A stretch of 64,000 nucleotides of DNA from Eledone cirrhosa (Eukaryota): the NCBI GenBank assembly GCA_964016885.1, contig OZ024743.1, positions 161,076,001-161,140,000 on the forward strand, given 5' to 3'. Below, piece by piece: positions 12,052-24,449 of the stretch. The notes below the pieces were generated by a model. That model saw only the letters and a program-made list of their open reading frames with translations, made no database searches and was not told where the DNA came from. The number at the start of each line of letters is the position of its first letter. The first letter of the stretch is position 1. The translations under genes were made by a program, and so were the position numbers.

Positions 12052-12120
12052 TCATTCTGAAGACCGATTTCAGACGTCTGTGTTGAGCTCGTCTATGTTT
12101 GTGAAACCTTTGGTAAATGG
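12052..12120 (+). ncRNA. Type I hammerhead ribozyme in a short (TA)n-flanked unit
   Basis: TCATT-CTGAAGA-..AGACG..CGTCT..-GAAAC-ctttg-GTA^-AATGG; base of stem II poorly paired. Confidence 0.55.
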
Positions 12121-12212
12121 AATAATTGTCTTATGTTGTTTATTACATAATTATATATATATATGTGTGTGTGTGTGTGTTCATATATATATATGTGTGT
12201 GTGTGTATGTAT

Positions 12213-13550
12213 ACCAGACTGTTGTAGCTTGCTTGAAGCACTGTGGAATAGGAAATACAAATTTAAACAGGTTTAAATATTTGAAAGCCCTACAATGCGT
12301 ATAAGATTAAAAGTGCCAATGTAATAGGAGTTATAGAGGAAAGAATGAGGACGATAGAATTTTACCTTAGCAAATGTATTTATCTAAAATATTTTCGGGT
12401 TTAAAAAGCCATTATCAAGAGAGGATCTGTGTGTAGGTGTTCAAAGTGCATTAGGAGAATAGTTGTTATCTGGCTGGCAGATTTAATTTAAATGTATGAA
12501 AAAGGCGTTAAAATTTAAAGCTTTGCCCGTGCGCGTAGTGAAATGCGTGTGATAATGTGCTTGATATATGCATGTGTGTGCGTGAATGTAAGTGTGCTTA
12601 GTGAGAGACGTGTGAGAATATGTGTATGATGTATGTATGTTTCTGCGCGAGTGTAAATTTACGTAGCGAAAGGCGTGTGCGTATATATATATATATATGA
12701 TATAAAGGGAAAATATGTGTGTGATATATGTATGTGTGTGCGTGAGGGTGAGTGTGTTTGCGTAGTGAGGACGAAGATTTAATTTGAATGAATGAAGGAA
12801 AATGTTAGAGTTTAATGTAGTATATGTATGATATATGTACGTGTGTGTGTGTGGTTGTAAGTAAGTATGTGTAGTGAGGAATTTAAATTTCAGGGTAAGG
12901 GAGTAAAAGGTGTGTGAGTGTGTGTCTAGTTGATATGTAACAGTTCTTTGTTTATTTGTTTCACGTACAATCCTTAATGACTTCGAGGTTTCCGTGCCGT
13001 TGACATTATTCGTGACGACTCGGAGGTTCCTTAGAACGAGCAACTGGGATGTTAGAACTATGCGTAAATCAGTTGGATAAGTTAAATCAGCTATACTGGC
13101 ACACTTCTTTCCAGTCAGATATTGATGCCAGGTTTTAGTCGCTTGATCAAGAGGGTTCCCTAATTATCAGCGTGCCTATACTGCGTTCGGTAGCTAAGAC
13201 AGTGGTGGTTATGTTATTGTTTCGGTTCCGCACTAGATGATCTTTGCGGAAGGATGAGGAGTTGATGTTGATATGTTCTTTAATAATGAGATGTAATGGT
13301 CGAATAGTGCTGCCTATATAGCCTGTATACGACGGAGGTACGTATGTAGCAATTAGTGTTTCGGATAAAGCAATTGGCTAGGGTGCATTCCTTATCCTCG
13401 CTGGGGAGTTGTCTTGTGGACAGGAATCTCCGCAAGGAAGGTCCTAGCTTGATATTGAGGCCCTCTCTCCAGATGGCTTTGCGTATAGCATTGGTGGTTT
13501 CCTTGCTGAGATGTGGCATATTTGACATTTCTTCCTGTCGAAGGTAAGGA
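12213..13550 (-). mobile_element. Decayed Penelope-like 3' fragment (GIY-YIG remnant plus pLTR with a degenerate U3:A8 HHR at 12381-12422)
   Basis: ECTLANCFIRNTNCYIRTSVVY then YIGSTIRPLH in another frame; tctc-TTGATAA-..-GAAAA-tatt-TTA-gata. Confidence 0.65.
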
Positions 13551-13767
13551 ACACAATGGTGCCTCGACTGCTAGATCCCAACGTGATTTGAAAACTCACC
13601 AAAATACAAAGAACAAAGTAGAAGTAATGTTTATCAGTGCAGCATATGCAGAAAGGAATGTATATCCTTGGAATGTCTAAAGAGTCATGTTCCTGCCACC
13701 TATGTGCAAGAAGGGGATCAAGTGGTCGCAATTCTTGAAACCGTGAGGCACACATTATATATATATA

Positions 13768-14750
13768 CCGCTCTTATGTGAGGAAACAACACAGAAGCTG
13801 GGAGTTTACGATTTATAAGTCCCAACGCCGACTGGCGTAGGAAATGGGGTGCCATGGGTCAGCTTCGACAGTGGGAGGGATGGACGACTACAACCCGCCT
13901 CAAGCGGGGCAGCTCCCGGTCAGAATGGTATCGACCCGCCATCGTCTGCCTGCTTCAGTTGGTGCCTGGAGCTCAGTGTATTGACATATACAACAAGCAG
14001 ATGGGAACCTCGTGCCAGACAAAAATATACTTACACAAAACAAATCAAAGAAAACTCCAGCTCTTCGACTTGTAAGCTGGAACGTGCGCACCATGTGCAC
14101 AGGCATCCCCGATGATCTTAAGAGATGTGTATAACATGAGGAAGATAGCCATCATTGACAGAGAACTCTCCAAACTCAACATCAACATAGCTGCCTTTGA
14201 GGAAACTAAGCTCGCCTCCAATGGCTCTTTCAGAAGGAAGAACTACACCTTCTTCTGGAATGGTAAAGAACCTGAGGAGCCCCACCAGCACGGAGCTGGA
14301 TTTGCCATCAAAAACATCCTCCTGGCTGCAGAAGAACCTCCCTCGGGAGTTTCCATCCGTCTTAGTACTGCTGCAGGCCCTGTCAACATCATTCGTGTCT
14401 ATGCTTCCACTCTCACCTAACCAGAGGACACAAAGATTCAGTTCTACGGGAAACTTGATGAACTTGTCCAGGGATAATCAAAAGATGAGTCTCTATTTCT
14501 GCTGAGAAACTTCAATGCTGGAATAAGTTCAGATTACGTGTCATGGCCTATTTGTCTCGAACACCATGACACTGGAAAGATCAACAAGAATGGTCAGAGA
14601 CTACTGAAACTGTACACATACCATAACCTCTGCGTCACAAACACATTCTTTAAGAGGAAACCACAACACAAAGTGTCATGGAAGCACCCCAGATCTCATC
14701 GCTGGCACCAACTTGACTGATCATCACCAGACGATCAGCTCTCATCTGAA
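13768..14750 (+). mobile_element. RTE-clade LINE 5' fragment (UTR plus decayed APE endonuclease)
   Basis: WNVRTM, IDRELSKLNINIAAFEETKL, YTFFWNG, HGAGFAI, NFNAGI, NKNGQRLL, TNTFF, VSWKHPRSHRWHQLD; stops and frameshifts. Confidence 0.85.
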
Positions 14751-15744
14751 ACTACTATTCTTACAATTTCACGAGTGAAACTGCTTATAGAGATGTTTAG
14801 ATAGGAAGAATCATGCAAGAGAGAGGGAGTGGGGGGGGACTAATAATAATCTGAGCTTAGAGTAATGCAGTGAAAACAACAGACATGTTTCGATTTGGTT
14901 GAGATTAGTCTCAAGTGCTTGAATATTTTCCCCTTCGCTATATTCAGACTGCAAGAATTTTTTCAAGTATTCTCAGATACATTCCCACACAGTTTATTTG
15001 TTATCATTTAGTAATTCAAATTGTGTAAAAGTCATTATCTGTAGGAATTTTCCCAATTGAAGAATATCAAACGGAATTGAAAGTAAGATGATTGTTATAC
15101 CGATATGTGCTGATAAAGTTAGTTTGGACAAGGTGGAACCTGACTAATTATATTATACAGTATGTAGAAAAACGCTTTATTCTTGTTTTTCTATAATCCA
15201 TGTGTCATATAGCCACAATAAGCTACTACTGAAAAAACATGGAAATTTATTTCGCTTGTATTGAAATATATAAAGAATTTAAAACACGTATGAAATACCT
15301 TAGCGAACAGACAGACAATTTAATTAATGAATGCAAGCGGCGAGTAGTAGGAAATACGTTCTATATTATTCAATGCAAATTCTGTGGTCAAGACTCTTGC
15401 AGAGTGACGCACTCAGAAAGTGTATGTCCAAATTTCAGGGAATTGCAAAGATAACGAACTGGCAACCCATGCAATGTGATATAGTGTTACAATGGGGTGT
15501 TACACCTGTTAGTATATCTGTACGAACGAAAGTAAAACCAAAGTATTCACCAGGCGTAATTTCAAATTACCAACGAGTTCGCTACAATGAGACTCCATAC
15601 ACAGTCTACTGACAGTTCACTTTAGTTATTATTTATAGACGTGTCGTCTAGTCCAATTTTAGTTACGCGGGGATGTTAAGGGTTTTTTCCTACAACATAT
15701 AGATACATTTATAAATGATTTAGTAGACGCATTTAAGGAGCTTG

Positions 15745-16212
15745 CTATCTCCGACTTGCATTTGATAGGTTTGATGCCGAGTGTTGCATGGCTGGAATGA
15801 AAATCAGTGCTGCGAAAACTGAGACACACGTCCTCTCAAAGAAGCCTGCGCGCATGAATGGAGTTCCACTGAAGCAGGTAAAGAAGTTCAAGTATCTCGG
15901 GGCCGTTTTGATGAGTGATGGAAGGCAGGAGGCTGAATTAAGTGCAAACATCGCATGAGCTGGTGCACCAATGCGTTAAGTTCAGCATTCGGTAATCAAA
16001 CGAAGGGAGATAGACATAAAAGCCAAACTCGCTATCTTCAAATCGATATTGGTGCCAACCCTTACCTATGATCCTGAATCTTGGGTAATGACTGAGAAAA
16101 TGCGATCACGAATAAAAGCGGCCGAAATGGGGATCCTCCCAAGTGTATTTAGAGTAACGTTACTCGATAGAATGCATAGTTCGAAGATCAGAGCGTCACT
16201 CTAGGTAGAACC
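15745..16212 (+). pseudogene. RTE/Rex3-like RT thumb fragment
   Basis: GMKISAAKTE...LKQVKKFKYLG...AIFKSILVPTLTYDPESWVMT...AAEM with in-frame stops (own translation). Confidence 0.75.
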
Positions 16213-17090
16213 ACCAACACAGTATTAAGGCGACTTATTGTTGTCTGAAAAATATCCCTTCCATGATTTCACACTACGACTAAATATAACACATCTACAC
16301 AGTCCATATAACCATCGTATGATTTGTACTACAAACCAACAAAATACGGGTTATATATGCTGTACCTCGGATGCTAATGACAACGAACATTATCTCCCAA
16401 TTATTACCTATTTAGAGCTGGAATGTGACATATTTATAAGTCAGATTTGATATATTTTAGCTGAATATATTTAGAACTGGACATATTTTAACACCGCAAG
16501 TGTACAGTATAACTTTCGTTACAGTATAACATTCGTTCGATGGACAGTATAACTTTCAATGAAGACGGCAATTTAGCATTTTCATTTTCACCTTACGCAT
16601 ATGAAAATATGAAGGCAAACAGGAAACAGTACAATAGGAAACAAAATAATAGAAAATGAATCGAAAGCAATAAACTCTATTTTGTGATCTATTTGTTTCT
16701 TTATTTCAACAGATCCAACAATTGTTAAATGTTATATATCATTTACACTTGATATATGATCAGAGCTAATGAAACATGGCGCCTGTAAACTCCACGCACC
16801 ATTACGGAGTAAGTAAAAATCATATACAATTATACTTAGCTTGTAAATAATGGTTCTAAAAGGTCAATAACTCTTTACGCCATGTGCTTTTCTCTAGAGA
16901 TATAAATTTCAAATTAACCTGATTCATGGCTAAAGATTACGCCAGATCTACCATAGTTAAATGGATTAATGGAAAATCCTGCATGATGAAAGGAAACTTT
17001 TTACATAAATAAAAACCTTATTTAATTGTAACTAGATACAAAGTAACAATAGGTATTAATATATATGTCTTGATGTTGTTCGATGTTTAC

Positions 17091-17132
<42 letters not shown>

Positions 17133-17226
17133 ACATTTATATGTGTGTGTGTCTGAATATGTATATATATATATATATATGTGTTTGTATGTATATATAC
17201 ATAATTACATATATAAATGCACCCAC

Positions 17227-17263
<37 letters not shown>

Positions 17264-17327
17264 TATATATATTGAAACATGTAAAATTAACATCTTGTTT
17301 TAAGCATAACTTGGTTATTCTCTCTTC

Positions 17328-17409
<82 letters not shown>

Positions 17410-20400
17410 CCTGGGTATGACATTAAACTACATCCAGTGGCAAGGCTCCAGTTCGGGAGTTCAGGAGATGTGGGGAATGTGGAGTTACCCCTTAGTTGTT
17501 ATGACTCCCAGGTCTGCCCTGGCCCGGGGTGGTAGTACCTGTTAGGGCTCCATTTATGGGTTAAATAACTACCTTATTCGAGTGGCGCCGGTAAGGTATT
17601 GTCAGCCATTGAAAAGAAATATGGAGAGTCGATCTAACAGCACTAGGGTTAGAGCCCCTAATTACACTGTCAAGGAGCAGCCTGGTCGTTATGACTCTGC
17701 TGGCTTAGAGCCACAGAGAGGGCCAGTGGATGATGGATCAGCTGTCTCTGAGACAAATATAAAGAATGCAGTTTTGTCCTGCAGAAGAGCCATCAAAATG
17801 GGCACTTTGAATGTGAGGACTATTCGAACGCTGGAGAAGAGAGCGGAGTTGGGACATCTGTTTGAGGAGAGTGGTATACAGATACTTGCGATCCAAGAAC
17901 ACAGGATTCTACACGATGAGCCCGTGAGGAGTGTGATGATCGGGAGGAAGAGCCAGCTCATCACTACATCGGCAGTGAAGAACACAACAAATGCTGCAGT
18001 GGGAGGAGTGGGTTTTGTGTTCAGTGCAAAAACCAATCTGTTGGTGAGGGAAATAATGCCTATCTCCCCGCGAGTGTTGAGGGTGACCTTCAATGGAAAC
18101 CCAAGACTGACAGTCATCTCAGCCTATAGTCCAACCGAGGGGGACAGTGATGTGAATGCGGAGGAGTTCCATGAGGAGGTGTGTAGAGCTGTCAACACCA
18201 CTCAGGCACACAATATCCTGCTTGTTTGGGGGGACTTCAATGCACATCTGAGTAAGGAGGGCAGTGAAGATCCTTGCTGGTACTTCCATTACAACACCAA
18301 CCGAAATGGAAGACTACTGAGAGACACCCTGCTGGAGGCGAACTTGATGGCGACCAACCTAAGGTTTGGGAAGAATCTGGGGAAGATGTGGACCTACATC
18401 TCAGATATGCACCTGTCCAAGTTCCAGATTGATTTCATTCTGGTGAGGAAAAAGTGGCGGAATAGTGTTCTGAACACGGAACCATACAGCTATTTCAGTA
18501 CACTGGGTAGTGACCACCGGCTTGTTATGAGTGAGGTCCGCGTGAGCTTAAGAAAGAGCAAGGCTCAGCCCCGGAGAACAATCTATGACTGGGGAGCTTT
18601 CAAGGAAGATGATAAGCTACAGGAGAGGTTCACAGTGGAAGTGAGAAACAGGTTTAGTGCTCTGTGTGGAGAGTCAGAGGAGAGAGAGATTGGATGGACT
18701 GAGGAGAGTGTGACGAGGAGGTACGGGCACTTCACCAATGCAGTGGCGAAAGCAAGTGAAACCCTGGTGCCGAGGAAAAAGAACAAAGGGAAGCACGTCA
18801 GCTCTGCAAACCCAAAAGTGTGTGCAGTCAGAGAACACCTGAAAGCTGCCAGGGACCAATTCTATGCTGATCCTACGGAGGAGAGGATGGAGACTGTGGA
18901 GGTGATGAGGGAAGAGCTCTGTACCGCTTACACTGAGGTCAGAGAGGAGGCACTGATAGAGAAGATCAGAAGTGTGGAGAGAGCGGTTGACAGATCTGGA
19001 TGTAAGGAGAGCTGGATGATCATCAACGAGATCACAGGGAGGAAGAAAAGGTGTTCGAGTCAGATCCAGGGAACGGGGCCCGAGGATAGGAAGAGGAAAT
19101 GGCTAGACCATTTTAGGACCCTACTAGGAGAGCCACCCTCCACAGCCCAGAGAACTGGGGAGATCAGGCGGCTGTTTGAGGAACTGGATGTTGAGACAGA
19201 GCCCTTCACCAGAGAGGAGCTTCAGAGAGCCAAAAAGAAGATCAAGGAGGGCAAGGCTCATGGAGAAGATGGAGTGGCATCAGAGGTGATGAAGAGGTGT
19301 GATTTTGATGATATCATCCTGGGGTTCTGTAACGGGGCACTGGAGAAAGGAGTTGCCCCGAATCAGTGGAGGATCAGTAACATCGTCCCAGTGCCAAAGA
19401 AGGGAGATCTCTCTAACACCAACAACTACCGGGGGATCTCACTGACGTCACTTGTGGCAAAGACCCTCAACAGGATGATTCTTAACAGGATCCAGCCTGA
19501 GATGGAGAAGAAGCTCAGGGACAACCAGAACGGCTTCAGAGAGGGTAGATCAACCACCAGTCACATCCTGATGCTGAGGAGGATATTAGAGGGAACTAGA
19601 GCAAAGTGCCTTCCTGCGGTCATGGTTTTCATTGACTTTAGGAAGGCCTTTGATTCTGTGGACCGTTACTGCCTGATGGAGATCTTACAGGCTTATGGAA
19701 TCCCCAAGAGGATAGTGGACCTGATATCACTGCTCTACACCAACACCAAAGCCCAAGTCATTACACCTGATGGGATGACAGAGTTCTTTGAGATACTGGC
19801 TGGAGTGCTCCAGGGAGATACATTGGCTCCCTACCTTTTTATCATCGTAGTGGACTATTGTATGCGCCTTGCACTGGAGAAACACCAGGACTCTGGCTTT
19901 ACTGTAGCACCGGCTCAGAGCAGGAGAGTTGGGGCGAAAAAGGTATCGGATGCTGAATTTGCCGACGACATAGTTTTGGTGACAAATACAGTGAAGGAGG
20001 CGGAGGATTTGATGCGGGAGGTTGAGACTGTGTCGATGAGTGTGGGGCTGAGAATGAATGAGACTAAAACAAAATATCTGGTAGAGAATGTTGAGAAGCC
20101 AGAGGGGATCACTAATGTAGGCGGGAAGCCGCTTGAATTGGTTGAGGACTTCCTGTATTTGGGAGCAAAGATTGGGAATACGGAGGATGATGTGGTTGAG
20201 AGGAAGAGCAAGGCCTGGGCGGCGTGCCACAGCTTGAGATCGGTGTGGAAGTCGGACCTTCGTAGAGACCTGAAAATCCGCCTCTTCATTGCTGTAGTGG
20301 AGTCTGTGCTGCTGTATGGGTCTGAGACTTGGACACTGACCAAGAAACTTACTCAGATGGTGGATGGGTGCTACACGAGAATGCTGAGGATGGCTCTGAA

Positions 20401-20714
20401 CATTAATCAGTATACACTGAGGATGAAAAACTCAGAGCTGTATGGGAGCATCCCAAAAGTCAGCTCAAAAGTGACACAGAGGAGACTGAGGTTGGCTGGA
20501 CATGCTCACCGACATCCAGAGTTGACATTGCACTCAGTGCTCCTTTGGGAGCCCCTACATGGACACACTAGAAGAGGAAGACCAAGGTTAACATATGTTG
20601 ATGCCCTAAGGACAGACACTGGTCTGTTGGAGATGCAGGATATGGCAGCGATAATGAGGGACAGAGACCGCTGGAGAGAACTCGTCCATGGATCTCGGGA
20701 ATTTTACCCGCCTT

Positions 20715-20717
<3 letters not shown>
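17410..20717 (+). mobile_element. Apparently full-length RTE-like LINE inserted in a (TA)n/(TG)n tract
   Basis: ~200-nt 5' UTR, single APE-RT ORF, stop codon directly abutting (TA)n. Confidence 0.9.
17621..20716 (+). CDS. APE endonuclease / reverse transcriptase of an RTE-like LINE, 1031 aa from the first ATG (frame open from GTG 17582)
   Basis: APE motifs TLNVRT, AIQEHR, AYSPT, GDFNAH, QIDFIL, SDHRLV; RT motifs [50 protein letters not shown]; no internal stops. Confidence 0.93.
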
Positions 20718-20801
<84 letters not shown>

Positions 20802-20837
20802 GAGAGAATAACCAAGTTATACTTAAAACATGATGTT

Positions 20838-20927
20838 AATTTTACATATGTTTCAATGTATAGTGGCGGACCCATACCACGATAGATACGAGGTATCTGT
20901 CCGTCGCTTTACATATCTTCAGGAATT
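20838..20927 (-). ncRNA. Hammerhead ribozyme with extended stem II
   Basis: aattc-CTGAAGA-t-ATGTA...TACAT-t-GAAAC-atat-GTA^-aaatt; its 3' half is repeated inverted at 17271-17327. Confidence 0.6.
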
Positions 20928-21971
20928 TATATATTGTTATAAGTTTCAAGATTAATACATTCAAGAGATAACTCCATACCATAGATGAGGTTCATACTAT
21001 ATCAATTAATATATTGTAAATTACAAGCACATTCAAAAGCAATAGCAAAGCAGAAACTGTGTTAAAGACAGTATATCAACATTTAGTACTTCTGTACATC
21101 CGTATATTAACAAACCTTACATAAGAATTTTAGCGTGCATATTGAAAAGAGAAAGTGCAGTAGTGAGTCAGTTATGCGTTAGACGTATAAATTATACAAA
21201 AATAACATTGATAATTTCGTAAGAATTCAAGTTTAAAATTAATTCTTCTTGATAAGATTTTCAATGGTACACAAAAATCTCTAACCGTATTAATTTTGTT
21301 CATATAATAATAGAATACAAGGAGATATCAGTAAATAAATAAATAAAGATGGATGATTAAACATTTATTTTTCGATGACTTAGATTTATATATTAGAAGG
21401 TTCAGTGAAATCTGTATAAAAATGAAACAATGTTACAATAATTGTTACTAATTTAATCTACCGGAACTGAAGATAATTATTATAGGTAAACAATTAAACT
21501 ACAAATATACCCTGCATCTAGATGGAAAGTGGCTTCGTATTTACTATTACAGTGTTGCTCTAATATATTTTTAAAACCTCAGCAACTAGTAGGTTGATCA
21601 GCAGGAAAAGACAGAAAGACATTTCTATATAAAATATATTAAAGCTTTAACGATATAAAATTGATAGTGTTCGTGTTGTTTTCTTTTCTTTTTCACAATA
21701 TACGTTTGAATCGCTGGAAGAGTGAAGGAAAAAGAAAAGGAGGGTGACTCTATATTTATGTCTAGTTCCTGTCGCTGACCAAATTTATGACACAAATGTT
21801 CACGGGTGATAGAAGGCAAGAGGCTGAATTAAGTACTTATAAAAGATACTTTGAGAAACTGGATACAAACTACATAATTTACGAAGAATTTCTTTCTCTT
21901 TAGCTCTCCCTCCCTCTTTCTCTGTATATATAAATATATATACAAGCATATATATATATGTGTGTGTGCGT

Positions 21972-22002
<31 letters not shown>

Positions 22003-22020
22003 CGTGCGTCTGTGTGTGTG

Positions 22021-22700
22021 TCAACAACACCTTTTTCGGATTCCTTGGTCACACCTGCCAACAGACTTCAGAACTACCCATCGGATTTAGCCTGTCGAGC
22101 TTACTGATCTTTTCTTATATGAACCGATTCGAACATCGAGTGCTCAGCACATCCGACGTCTATGCATTCTCTACAAAAAATGTGGATAATATCCTCATCC
22201 TCACATCTTCCCGCGAGAATGTCAGCAGGATATTCGAGTTGTTCAACAATGCTGACGGAAACATCAGATTCCGTGTAAAACAAACCTCCAACTCCTCATC
22301 CATCGCCGTTCTTGACTTCAGACTGGACATCACTGAGAACGACGAAACCAACACCGATTTCTACCGCAAAGCGGCTTGCAGTGACCTGTTTGTCCACCAC
22401 AAACCTGCCCTCCCCAACAGCTTTAAAAGAGGGTACACAAAAATTGAAATTGAATGTATACATTGAATGTTACAGCGACGCTTCAAGTAGATTCACCCAC
22501 ATCAGACAGTTCCGCAGGGTGTTAGAAACCAACGGCTACCCAACCTCTTTTTCCACCCCACAGCGGAATCCCAAATCAAGAAGATGAACCAACCCAGCCA
22601 TCAATTGCTTCTTCAGAATTCCACTTCTCAGTGATGAAAACAACCAATCTATAAACAGGACCAGCCTTGACTGCTAACTGGCCCACTCGGGCTAGTTAGC
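22021..22700 (+). pseudogene. Decayed Penelope-like RT fragment
   Basis: NNTFF...QQTSELPIGFSLS...KNVDNILIL (degenerate YVDD)...IAVLDFRL...FYRKAACSDLFVHH. Confidence 0.75.
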
Positions 22701-22754
22701 AGTCAAGGAGAAAATGTGCACCCAAGGCCATTGCCCGATCCACTGCACTAATTA

Positions 22755-23369
22755 CACCGTGTAACAAAAAAAAATGTTTTCTCTGTTCCTGGCTTGTAAT
22801 CACTTTTTTTTTGTGTTGCTTAGGTCCCAAATAAATAAAAAAAACTGCTATTAAACAGTTAAAAGTTTCGGTTTGTAAAAATTCTAAGCTATTCACTAGA
22901 ATTATTTGTATGCTGGATTTTACGTTGTATATAAATTTAATTTGCTTATATTAAATGATTTTTTTTATATATGTTTCAGGTTAAATTAAAATTATAAAAT
23001 AAAGAGTAATACCTAAAGAAAATTATAAAAGTGCAATAAAGTATAAAATTGTTAAAAGGTGGATTAAAGAGATTTATTGATACTGGATTTTCGCACCCTG
23101 AATAAGTTTTGTTGTAAGCATTCGTCTCCAGGATAAAGCAGTGGAACTTGGTCAAGGAGGAAGTGCGGGTGACAAGTCAGAGAAGTCGACACGAACCTTT
23201 CTCAGGCTTTTATACTCTTAGGGATGGCCTCTGCTTCTGCCATGACGTGCCTGGACTGTTTAACGTTATTAAATTCTAATTAAATAATAGTATTTTCTTA
23301 TAATAATGGGATATAACAAACCAGGAAATGACACTTAGAACCGGGGAACAAATCATATTTTACACCGTG
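22755..23369. mobile_element. Possible MITE with short imperfect TIRs and a TTA duplication (PIF/Harbinger-like)
   Basis: TTA|caccgtgtaa ... ttacaccgtg|TTA, plus subterminal ttcctggcttgta / tacaaaccaggaa. Confidence 0.35.
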
Positions 23370-23419
23370 TTATTGCCTGCGTGCCTAGATAGTGTACAGA
23401 TTGTAATGTAGCAAGTACA

Positions 23420-23745
23420 GCCAATTCTACATCGGCAGCATTACTGGTACTTTATTTTATCGACTACGTAAGGATGAAAGGCAAAGTTAACCTCGGCGGG
23501 ATTTGAACTCAGACCCAGGGCCGTCTTAACGCATGGGCACGCTGGGCAGTTGCCCAGGGGCCCCACGAGTATAGGGGGCCCATTTGTATTTTTATTCCTG
23601 TGAGTGGTTGTTTATGTAGGGGCTTCAGTGCTCTGCTTTGCCCGGGGACCTATAATGCTGGTAAGACGGCCCTGCTCAGACCATAAAAGGACGTAACTCT
23701 ATGCTGGAAAGCATGGCATCCGATCCTCTACCGACACTGACAGTG
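23420..23745 (-). mobile_element. tRNA-derived SINE (same family as 26491) interrupted by a hAT MITE
   Basis: Reverse complement of gagttcaaatcccgccgaggttaactttgcctttcatcc...gtcgataaaataaagtaccagt. Confidence 0.8.
23516..23674. mobile_element. hAT-type MITE, 159 bp
   Basis: Perfect 13-bp TIRs cagggccgtctta / taagacggccctg and 8-bp TSD ctcagacc (23508-23515, 23675-23682). Confidence 0.9.
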
Positions 23746-24449
23746 GCTGCTCTAGCTTGATCCATCCTCCACATACATCCACACGCACGCAAGTCGCGCA
23801 CCCGACTGCCAGCATGATCTTTTGTTTACACATACATGTATATCAGCACACACACACATACACACATCATATATCCTCACCCACAGAGACATCTACGTAG
23901 ACACACGTATATCATTCGTTTTTACACGCATACATTTGCTCTTACATATTTACATACACATTTACACATATTTACACACCTACGAATACATTTACGAATA
24001 CATTTGCGTAGAAACGCCATACGTCATATACATGCTTACACACACACACACGTTTTTACATACATACACACGTTCTTACATACACACACAAACATATGCC
24101 ATTGCATTTACACATATATATACGCATTTACATGTTCACACACATATTTACAAATATAGGTGCTTACACACACACTCACACATACGTCACATACATGCCT
24201 ACACACACGCATACACGCCGCAAACACCGATACATATAAACAGTAACAGCACGTGCCTCTTACGCACATGCGCAATTTTAACTCTAACAAAACCGATATT
24301 CAAAAACGAAAAAGATAAACAGGAAGGAAATCTCTAATTTCTTACCCTCCACTCTCACCCCACTTTTCTGCTTTATATTCCACAATGCTTCAAGCAAACT
24401 CTTACACCTTATATATATATATATATACACATATTATCATTATTATTAT

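Noticed and set aside
15239-15612. Short ORFs as host exons
   Set aside because: No recognisable domain or clear splice structure; a possible DNA-transposon end near 15570-15600 is too weak to call
17271-20858. Composite DNA transposon with ~58-bp TIRs carrying a LINE
   Set aside because: The right arm continues into a full HHR, so the arms are retroelement ends; no transposase or TSD
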